32,000 nt of DNA, from positions 21,502 through 53,501 of the forward strand of contig SUPR01000009.1 in assembly GCA_005191425.1 (NCBI GenBank), in the 5' to 3' direction. Position numbers and translations under genes: made by a program. Under the pieces are notes generated by a model. It made no database searches. It was not told where the DNA came from and worked only from the letters and a program-made list of their open reading frames with translations. Each line of letters starts with the position of its first letter. The first letter of the stretch is position 1. This stretch comes from Candidatus Helarchaeota ASGARD archaeon Hel_GB_B (lineage in GTDB: Archaea; Asgardarchaeota; Lokiarchaeia; Helarchaeales; HEL-GB-B). Shown here in pieces: positions 1 to 8,099 of this stretch.

Positions 1-872
1 TCTAAATGCTCGGTTTTTTGTTTATCTAAAATTTCGCCCAAGATAGATTGGACACCCATAATAGCTCCTGCAGCTAATTGACGGTCGAAATCATTTTCTA
101 TGCTTTCAGTAAATTTGTAGTGATATAAACAGATACCGCCATTATTAATTATTAAAAGATTGTTAATGGCATTTTTCCATTTAAGTTCAGCGAAATCTAA
201 TGTATAAAAGCCCAAGGAAATAAGTAGCATCCCAAGAATATCTATAGATTTTCCTAAATTTAAGGTGAATAAATCATTAAGAGGACATATATGTAATGTT
301 TCGGTGATAATAGGGTATAGGTTTTTTCTTATATATGAAGTTGAAAAAATAAGAAAACCAATGCTAATTGGAATTAATCGTTTTTTTGTAATTCCTTGGA
401 CAATTTTATTTGTTTTATATATAAAATAAATAATGACCACGAAAATAATACTGGACAGAATTGAATAGTACCAGATATAATTTATTGGACTTTGAGAAAC
501 GAGAACAAAAATAATGGACGCAATTAAAATTGTGAGATAAAACTTTTTATGTTGAATTTCTAGAATTTTCATAATAGTGTATATTAAAGAAAATGCTCCA
601 ACTATAAAAAACAATAAATCTACCTTTAATACAAAAAATCTAGCCTCAACTCTTCCAAGATCGAATGGTAGACTTACTATGTTTGAGAATCCCCAAAACA
701 TGAAGAAGAAAGACATTGAAAGGTTGATCACTTGATCTTTAAGACGCAACTTTGCATCATATTTACGCCATTTTATAAAAAAATAAACCCCCATTTGAAT
801 TAATAGAGTGGCTAAAACAGTCGTTAAAATCAGATATAAATCACTTGGACTAAATAATTTAATATATGCCAT
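1..872 (-). CDS. 7TM membrane protein with C-terminal longin/roadblock-like domain (partial; runs off the window; absent from the ORF track)
   Basis: Manual translation from ATG at 872 stays open to the window edge: MAYIKLFSPSDLYLILTTVLATLLIQMGVYFFIKW...LGMLLISLGFYTLDFAELKWKNAINNLLIINNGGICLYHYKFTESIENDFDRQLAAGAIMGVQSILGEILDKQKTEHL. About seven hydrophobic segments precede a soluble beta-beta-alpha segment (W..AI..LLII..GG.CLY..F...D.QL..G...GVQSIL.EI) of the kind seen in Asgard longin-like domains. Confidence 0.85.
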   Translation of the reverse strand, partial: MAYIKLFSPSDLYLILTTVLATLLIQMGVYFFIKWRKYDAKLRLKDQVINLSMSFFFMFWGFSNIVSLPFDLGRVEARFFVLKVDLLFFIVGAFSLIYTIMKILEIQHKKFYLTILIASIIFVLVSQSPINYIWYYSILSSIIFVVIIYFIYKTNKIVQGITKKRLIPISIGFLIFSTSYIRKNLYPIITETLHICPLNDLFTLNLGKSIDILGMLLISLGFYTLDFAELKWKNAINNLLIINNGGICLYHYKFTESIENDFDRQLAAGAIMGVQSILGEILDKQKTEHL

Positions 873-1476
873 AATATTTTTACCTTGAAATAATTGCTAA
901 TATTTAATTTCAAATTGTACATAGATTATTCTAATTTTATATATCTTAGGATATTAAAGTTCCTAAAAATAATATAAATTTTTTTTATATTTTAAAATAA
1001 AAATGTTTTTTCATTCAAAATCTAAAATTCTAATTTGAAAAATATTATCAGTGCAAAAAAAAGTTTAACGCATTATTGAATATAAAAATAGATAAGATAA
1101 ATTTAAAATTATTATTTAATATAATAGATCAATAAAAAATCTTGTTTTTAAAAATAATTTGATGTTTGAAAAAATACGAATTGAGTCATAAACTAAAATT
1201 AAACTAAGTAGAAGAATCCAAATATCGTATTCGACATTTTTAAATTTAATCGAATAAAGTTCCATAAATTATAAATAGAATTAGGTCTTTTTTTAGACAA
1301 AAATTTTCGGAGTATTAACCATTAAAAACATAAAATAATGCAAAAAAATTTAGAGTATTTCAAAAAAAAAGAAGTAAATTGAAATTCCAGATAAAAATTA
1401 ATCAAAAAAAGAAAATTATGGTTTTATTAAAGAAACACAATAATTATTCTTTATAATAAAAGAGGTTATTAGTGAT

Positions 1477-2190
1477 ATGATTTGGTCTTCTATAATTCTA
1501 TTTGAATTTATTCTCTGGATTATCGATGAAACGTTAGTGATGTTAAATTTTATTGTATTAGTTATAGAAGCATATAAAAAACATAAGGCAAATATTCCGG
1601 CAGCCTATGATGCGGGATTGGCAGGGTTTTTTCTTATAAATTTTATTGCATATTCAATATTAGTATTAAGGCATTTTTTTTATCAAGCGCTATGGGAATC
1701 TATGAATATTTTTTTGATATCTCGAGAAATTACTCAAGTTTTAACATTACTTTCATTAGTTGCAATTATGATAGGGATTGAACGAGATATTATAAAAAGA
1801 ACCCGGTATATTTTAAGTATTTTGATGTCGATATACATTGTAGTTATTACAATTTTAATGGCATCTGGATTATCTATAAATATACTAGCATTTCCGTTTA
1901 ATTTGATAAATTTAGGATTGCTAGCCGTTCTACCAGCGATTTTTATTTATATTGCAGTCAAATATTCGGGAAAACTACGTAAAAATTCATTAATTATGCT
2001 TGTTGCTTTGCTATTATTATTTTGGGGTGGAATTACAAGTTATGAGAACTTCGAAGATATTTTTCCCACTTTATTAGCGGACCCAACTTTAAATATAATA
2101 GTCCGTATTTCATCGGTTTTATATATAATTGTAGGACTATTAATTTTAGCAATTTACTTTATTAAAACGAGAATGAAATCAAATTCCTAA
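1477..2190 (+). CDS. Polytopic (about 7TM) membrane protein, function unknown
   Basis: 237 aa with about seven hydrophobic stretches and no soluble domain. GAGGT Shine-Dalgarno-like element upstream of the ATG. Confidence 0.85.
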   Translation: MIWSSIILFEFILWIIDETLVMLNFIVLVIEAYKKHKANIPAAYDAGLAGFFLINFIAYSILVLRHFFYQALWESMNIFLISREITQVLTLLSLVAIMIGIERDIIKRTRYILSILMSIYIVVITILMASGLSINILAFPFNLINLGLLAVLPAIFIYIAVKYSGKLRKNSLIMLVALLLLFWGGITSYENFEDIFPTLLADPTLNIIVRISSVLYIIVGLLILAIYFIKTRMKSNS

Positions 2191-2319
2191 AGAAAAGCTA
2201 CTAAAAATAACAAACTTTTTATTTTTTTCTTTTTAGAATTAAATGTAATGAGATAATAAATTAAATATCTGCATATCAATTTAAAAATAGGATAAAAATA
2301 AAAAATTATTAATGAAAAT

Positions 2320-3438
2320 TTATCTATAATAAGTAAGGTTAAATTCTTTAATCTTTTTATATCGATTTAAGATCTCATTGGCTTTATCCGTTAGTGGTTT
2401 GACCATTAAAAAATATTTAGATTGATCGTCTGTAAATTTTAAATCTTTAAATACTTTTAATTCGTGATGAAATGTTGTGATCTGGCATGTAAAAATTTCA
2501 GGATATTTTTTACGAATATCACGTAAAATTTCGGCTATAAAACCCAATTTCTGTTCGTGAGTTAGCGATTCATCAAAACCGAGATTTCCTAATAGACCTA
2601 CAGGGGCGCTTCCTCTTTCAAAAGTAGTCAATTCAATTCTACAGGTCATTGTAGCCATTATTTTATTGTTGAGTTCAAGGATATACCAAATCAAGCCCCA
2701 TGGATCACCAAATGCGTCATTCAATTTTTTGGTGTTTTCTAAATCGATCTGAAAGGTTTTATTGTCATAAATTCTTGATAGTGGGACACGTGATGAATAT
2801 GAATTAATAATTTCAACACATCTTGAGATATCATCAGGGATTTTCCCGGTTCTTAAATTACCATCGAGAGGGTCATGAGGTAACTTGCTATAAAGAGATT
2901 CAGCAAGTTTTGCTAGGACGGAATTAAGTCCACGATATTCTTTTAAAATTTGGACGCCATATTTCTCCATTATTTTTATATAATGTTCATGCTTTGAAAT
3001 ATTAACAAAATCAAACTTTTTTAATATATTATCGCCGTATTTTCCTTTTTGTACCATCCTGAATACAAGGTCATAACCTAATTTTTTTGCTTCTTCAATT
3101 AGATTAGAGACCATATTGGTCGCGATACCATTTCTTCGATATTGAGAATCGACTGCTGTGAGTCCTATATTAGTACCTATAATTTCAATTTCATTGTCAA
3201 GTTTTATAATTTCCTTATGCCCGACTGCAAGTCCAATTAATTTATCATCATCCCAAGCGGAGAAAATTAGTTCGTTAGATTTTGGGAGTACCCAAGCATT
3301 AAAATATATTTCAGCATATTTAGAGTTCCAATGTAATGCACCATCTTCTTTATAGCTCGTGAAATAGGTATTATATAATAAATTTCCGATCTTATCATAA
3401 GGCAAAGGCTCGGTTAGTTTTTTAATTTCAATTGTCAT
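2320..3438 (-). CDS. Tandem-GNAT acyltransferase (N-myristoyltransferase-like architecture)
   Basis: N-terminal GNAT motif A (LTAVDSQYRRNGIATNMVSNLIEEAKKLGYD). The second half looks like a degenerate GNAT fold. 372 aa. Confidence 0.8.
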   Translation of the reverse strand: MTIEIKKLTEPLPYDKIGNLLYNTYFTSYKEDGALHWNSKYAEIYFNAWVLPKSNELIFSAWDDDKLIGLAVGHKEIIKLDNEIEIIGTNIGLTAVDSQYRRNGIATNMVSNLIEEAKKLGYDLVFRMVQKGKYGDNILKKFDFVNISKHEHYIKIMEKYGVQILKEYRGLNSVLAKLAESLYSKLPHDPLDGNLRTGKIPDDISRCVEIINSYSSRVPLSRIYDNKTFQIDLENTKKLNDAFGDPWGLIWYILELNNKIMATMTCRIELTTFERGSAPVGLLGNLGFDESLTHEQKLGFIAEILRDIRKKYPEIFTCQITTFHHELKVFKDLKFTDDQSKYFLMVKPLTDKANEILNRYKKIKEFNLTYYR

Positions 3439-3585
3439 ACCTAAAAATCTCCCTTTTATTATATTTATGAAAAAATGACCTTTATTTTATATTATTATAT
3501 ACGTATTAATTTTAAATAGATTTCTAAATGTTTTCCAAAAATAAATATTTAAGACGAAGAAATAAAAGAAATGAACGATTAAAAT

Positions 3586-4299
3586 TTAAACACTTTTTAA
3601 GATAGCAAATATAGTACTTTTTTCTGTTTTTGTACCCCCAATTTTGAATTGACAAATATCAAATGAAGCATTATTAACTAACATTTTAAATTCGTCAATT
3701 GAAAATAAATGATAAAATCTTTTTGCAATAACATTTTTATTTTCATCATGCCATGGGACAAAAATATCACCGAATTCCCCATCCCATTTGTTATAATTTT
3801 TTATTTCGAGGTCATTTAAAAAATATTTATAGAACCTCTTTTGCCACAGCATCCAAACAGATATCAATAAAGAACCATTATTCAGTAAAATCCGTTTTAT
3901 TTCTAGAAGACTATCTTTCCTTGCTTTATAACTGGGTATATGATGAATTGCAGCTATAAATAGAATTTTATTAAAACATTTTGATTTTAGTGGTAAAAAA
4001 TTGGCATCCGCATTGATAAAATGAATATATTTATTGGATTTCCTGGCTATTTTTAATAAATTAAGTGAAATATCAATTCCAACTATAAAAAGAGTCCTAT
4101 CATCTGGTTTATTATTCCATATATAATTTCCATGTCGACCGTTTCCACACCCTAAGTCTAAAACAAATCCTAAATTCTCATCAGATATGAAATGCGTATC
4201 ATTAATAAATTTTACTAAATCGTGCCAAGGTACTTTCCTGACCCGGTCAAATCTGTCTGCAATCAATTCGAATGTTTTTTTTACATTTTGTTTAATCAT
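3586..4299 (-). CDS. Class I SAM-dependent methyltransferase, Trm9/ALKBH8-like (tRNA cm5U34 methyltransferase-like)
   Basis: VLDLGCGNGRH (motif I), GIDIS, DANFLP, IAAIHHI, LISVW, DIFVPW, RFYHLF and N-terminal FELIADRFDRVRKVPW match the Trm9-family motif order. Confidence 0.8.
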   Translation of the reverse strand: MIKQNVKKTFELIADRFDRVRKVPWHDLVKFINDTHFISDENLGFVLDLGCGNGRHGNYIWNNKPDDRTLFIVGIDISLNLLKIARKSNKYIHFINADANFLPLKSKCFNKILFIAAIHHIPSYKARKDSLLEIKRILLNNGSLLISVWMLWQKRFYKYFLNDLEIKNYNKWDGEFGDIFVPWHDENKNVIAKRFYHLFSIDEFKMLVNNASFDICQFKIGGTKTEKSTIFAILKSV

Positions 4300-4640
4300 C
4301 AGGTTGCCTCAATTATTAAAAAATCAGCAATGAAAAATTTCATATTTTGAATAATAAGATTTTTACATTTTATTATCTTACTTTATTAATAAATAGAATT
4401 TGGATAATAAATTTTATTTAAATTATATTAAAATAATTAAAATCAGTGTAAAAAGTATAAATTAGAAGTTAGATATTATTTTAAATTAAAAATTTTATAT
4501 ATAAAAATACTATTAAATGCCATTATATAATCACTAATGGTATGGAAAAAAATGAGATATTGAATTGATTGATATAATTTTTAAAAGAAAAAAATCGAAT
4601 TACATTTATAATAAGATTAATTAATTATCAAAAATTATTA

Positions 4641-5186
4641 TTATAAAGGAGTTTTTATTTGCTCTAGATTTATGTTAAAATATCTAATTCCTGCTTCGTC
4701 TTTATAATCATAATTATAACCAGTTTTTTTAATAAAATTTAACATTTTAGAATTTTCGAGTAATATTTCCCCATGAAAATATTTAATATTATTTTCTTTT
4801 GCCATATCTATTAAAATACTTAACATTTGATGAGCTAGTCCTAGCCGCTGATAGGCGTCTTGGACAATAATTGCAACAGTTGCTTTATCTGGTGGAGAAT
4901 CTAGTACATATCGCCCATCTGCTATAATACAATCTTTATTATTACATTTAATTACAGCAACAATGGCAAAATTTTCTCTAGATGATTTTAAAAAAGGTTC
5001 CAATTCTGCCATATCAATTTTTTTTCTGAACTTCATAAATCTTGTATATTTGGTTTCATCACTTAAACGGTCAAACATCTCGACCAAACTTTTACTATCT
5101 TCTTGTTTGATTTCTCTTATTAAGACATCTAGGCCATTTTTTAGTTTGATATTTATTCCCTGGAATTTAGACATTTTATTTAACAT
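4641..5186 (-). CDS. GNAT N-acetyltransferase (stand-alone homolog of the Pat/acyl-CoA synthetase-associated GNAT domain)
   Basis: LKNGLDVLIREIKQED...LSDETKYTRF, IIADGRY, VAIIVQDAYQRLGLA. The start overlaps the GTPase stop; an alternative ATG lies at 5174. Confidence 0.85.
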   Translation of the reverse strand: MLNKMSKFQGINIKLKNGLDVLIREIKQEDSKSLVEMFDRLSDETKYTRFMKFRKKIDMAELEPFLKSSRENFAIVAVIKCNNKDCIIADGRYVLDSPPDKATVAIIVQDAYQRLGLAHQMLSILIDMAKENNIKYFHGEILLENSKMLNFIKKTGYNYDYKDEAGIRYFNINLEQIKTPL

Positions 5187-6102
5187 CCGATATATCGTGA
5201 ATTGATCTGAGACCGTTAATAACTTTATCTACTCCTTCTATTTTGAAGTCATTATTGTCTTCAATAAAACCAAGTAAGAATAACCGAACATTTTTATCTA
5301 ATTGAATAGAGATTAATAAAGCTATTCCACTTAATAAATTAATTTTTATTTGATTTCCTAGGGATTTTTCGGTAGCAATATCATATAAAGTATTTAATGT
5401 TAATGCTAAACTATTTATAACTTCAGATGAAAAAGAATCTGCAGAATATTCATTAATAATTATATTTTTTTCGTTCATCAATAATACAGAATTGAAATTA
5501 TTGGTTAAAGCAAACTCTTCTAGTATTTTTCTAATTTTTTGTTCCTTACTTTCAGGCATTAAAATCATAAATGCTTTTGAAAAAGCAAAAAAAATAGTCC
5601 ATCTATCGTAAATTGTCGTATTAAAAAATTTGATATTACTATTAGGAATAATTGAATTAATTTTTTCCCGGACATATCTAATATTGGACAAACAAGCTTC
5701 ATCTTCTACTAAATCCGGGTCAAATTTATGACAGAATACAAAAATTTGTATATTATTTAAGTTATTTTCATGAAGCTTTTTTATAATTTTCTTAAAAAAA
5801 GTTATAGATTCGAGGATTCTTCGGTAATCTTGAATATCAATTACATATATTATTAAATCGGTGTCTAAAAGAGTGCATTCAATGTCATTTAAATATTTTT
5901 CACGCAATTTTCTTTGGCCAGGTACGTCCCAATTAATTATATTGCAACCAAAAATATTTTCCATTTTATGTCTTTCAATTTTAACTGTGGGAGTTTGATT
6001 ACTTATTAAACTATATTTCTCTTCTAGAATATTCAATATAGTGGATTTTCCACCATTATCTAGACCAAGAAACGCTATTTTTTTAATTTTCAATTTTTCC
6101 AC
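5176..6102 (-). CDS. Small GTPase of the Rag/Arf-like Asgard group with C-terminal roadblock/longin-like domain
   Basis: G1 GLDNGGKST, G2 QTPTV, G3 WDVPGQ, G4 HKFD, G5 TTIYD, then an ~120-aa alpha-beta domain (EEFALTNNFNSVLLMNEKNIIINEY...LFLLGFI). GTG start. Confidence 0.9.
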   Translation of the reverse strand: MEKLKIKKIAFLGLDNGGKSTILNILEEKYSLISNQTPTVKIERHKMENIFGCNIINWDVPGQRKLREKYLNDIECTLLDTDLIIYVIDIQDYRRILESITFFKKIIKKLHENNLNNIQIFVFCHKFDPDLVEDEACLSNIRYVREKINSIIPNSNIKFFNTTIYDRWTIFFAFSKAFMILMPESKEQKIRKILEEFALTNNFNSVLLMNEKNIIINEYSADSFSSEVINSLALTLNTLYDIATEKSLGNQIKINLLSGIALLISIQLDKNVRLFLLGFIEDNNDFKIEGVDKVINGLRSIHDISDVK

Positions 6103-6426
6103 TTTATTTTGAAAATTATTTCGTTATAGATATTTGTAATCATTACATTTTTGTCTTATTAGTATTTCATTTTTTTTTATATTTTAAAATATTATGATAG
6201 ACACTTAATTGTAGTAAAAATTGGGATTTTTTTTTCAACATCACTAATCTAATTTAGAAAAACATTAATGTCAAAAAAATAACAAGGAAAATACTTTAAT
6301 TTTGTATCATTAATTTATATATAAACGAACAACGAATTTTTAACAAAATTCATATCCAATCAAAATCTTTTATTTACATAGTAAAAAAGAATATAAATAA
6401 ATAAAATTTATATTGGTAAAAATAAA

Positions 6427-6918
6427 ATGCAGAATAAAGACAAAGATGAGGCGGATAAAGTAAAATATAATGTTAATGAGAGCAAAACTAATTCAAAGAT
6501 ATATATAATTTGTCCAAAATGTGGGACAAAAATAGAATTAGAGGGGTGGAATTGTCCGTTTTGTAATAGTTTTAATACATTTGATTCCTTCTTTTGTAAA
6601 AAATGCGGTAAGAGAATAAAAAAACCAGATGGAACATTTATTCAAAAATATTCTGAGATAAAGGTAGGACTTGATGATAAAAGAAAAATGGTATATTCAA
6701 TAAAAATCTGGGGAAAAAATAAATTCAAGTTTAATGACCAGGATAAGAAAAATGAAGAAGAAAATATTGAAAAGTTATCTTTTGATAAATTCAGACATTG
6801 GAAAATAAGTGAAGGAAGATGTGAGAAATGTTTCGCAAAAATTCCGGAAAGACTCAAAAAATTAATGGAAAAAGGTTATAAAGTTAGGTGTGAAGTTTGC
6901 GATAATCCATTAAATTAA
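6427..6918 (+). CDS. Multi-zinc-ribbon protein
   Basis: Five CxxC pairs: CPKC, CPFC, CKKC, CEKC, CEVC. Confidence 0.8.
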   Translation: MQNKDKDEADKVKYNVNESKTNSKIYIICPKCGTKIELEGWNCPFCNSFNTFDSFFCKKCGKRIKKPDGTFIQKYSEIKVGLDDKRKMVYSIKIWGKNKFKFNDQDKKNEEENIEKLSFDKFRHWKISEGRCEKCFAKIPERLKKLMEKGYKVRCEVCDNPLN

Positions 6919-7010
6919 TTTGTTTTATATTTATAAAATAGAAATTTATAAACAATTCTTTTTTTTTACTATATTAAATTTTAATTAAATTAAATAGTTA
7001 GGCGGTTTTT

Positions 7011-8099
7011 TTGATCGATATTGAAATTGATGAGATGATTTTAACCTTAAAAAATTTAAATAAAGCAATTATTGGAATATTTCCACATATGATGGTACCA
7101 CTTGAATTAATTTATGCTACATTAAAATGTCATCCAGTTATATTATGTTTAGGTGGAAATGATGATATGGCAAATATTGGGACGGAGTACCTAACTCAAG
7201 CCACATGTCCTTTTGCAAGAGGTGCGATTGGGTATTTCAATACAGACGAGCCATTATATTCGCAAATAAAATATATAGTAGGCGGGAATTATTGTAATGG
7301 AGATTTAACAGCAAGTGAAATGATAACTTATTATTTTGACAGAGATATGATACCAATAGTTTTTCCAACTACCTCAAAATCATCTGCAGTTAAATTTTAT
7401 TATGAAGAATTAAAAAAATTTAAATCTCATTTAGAAAAAAAGTTTGATGTAATAATTAAAAATGACCAAATATATGATGCAATTGACAAATTTAATGAAA
7501 TGCGCCAATTATTTAGAAGAATTAATGAAGAAAAGATTAACAATTCAATAATAAATCATTTAGAATTACAAAATTTGCTATATGAAGCAATGATAGCTGG
7601 TCCAGACTATATAATCCCTAAGCTCCGCACAATACTTGAAAGTTCATCACAAGGTCAAATTGGACAGCATAAAGTGCTGCTTATTGGGTCAGTTATTGCT
7701 CTTGGTGATAAATTTTTGGAAATATTATTAGATCTAGATATTGACGTTGTAATAAATGATACAGAATTTGGTTTTGGATTTTTTGAAAAAGATATTGAAA
7801 AGAAGCATGATGACCCTTTAATGGATTTAACAGACTATTATTTAAAAAATACAATAGCAGCAAGAATGTACCCAAATAGTACTACAGTCCCTCGAGCTAT
7901 AAATTTTTATAAGAAATATGGAGCTAAAGGTGTTATTAACCATGTGCTCAAATTTTGTGATCCATATGTAGCTCATAAAGCATTATTTAAATCTAAAATG
8001 CAAGAAGCAGGAATACCTTCCCTTGAAATTGAAAGGGATTATTCTGTTAATATAGGTCAATTAAAAACTAGAATTGAAGCTTTTATCGAGATGATTTAA
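7011..8099 (+). CDS. 2-hydroxyacyl-CoA dehydratase / benzoyl-CoA reductase family subunit (HgdB/HadC/BcrB-like)
   Basis: Three [4Fe-4S] Cys motifs (ATCPF, NYCNG, KFCDP) and the family C-terminus IERDYSVNIGQLKTRIEAFIEMI. TTG start. Confidence 0.9.
   Translation: MIDIEIDEMILTLKNLNKAIIGIFPHMMVPLELIYATLKCHPVILCLGGNDDMANIGTEYLTQATCPFARGAIGYFNTDEPLYSQIKYIVGGNYCNGDLTASEMITYYFDRDMIPIVFPTTSKSSAVKFYYEELKKFKSHLEKKFDVIIKNDQIYDAIDKFNEMRQLFRRINEEKINNSIINHLELQNLLYEAMIAGPDYIIPKLRTILESSSQGQIGQHKVLLIGSVIALGDKFLEILLDLDIDVVINDTEFGFGFFEKDIEKKHDDPLMDLTDYYLKNTIAARMYPNSTTVPRAINFYKKYGAKGVINHVLKFCDPYVAHKALFKSKMQEAGIPSLEIERDYSVNIGQLKTRIEAFIEMI

Noticed and set aside
5176-6102. The GTPase as the myristoylation substrate of the NMT-like protein
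   Set aside because: Its N-terminus (MEKLKIKK) has no Gly2 and no Arf-type amphipathic helix.
6314-6325. Palindromic TTTATATATAAA as a bidirectional TATA box between the GTPase and zinc-ribbon genes
   Set aside because: Such strings are expected by chance at this AT content, and it is 100-200 bp from the start codons.
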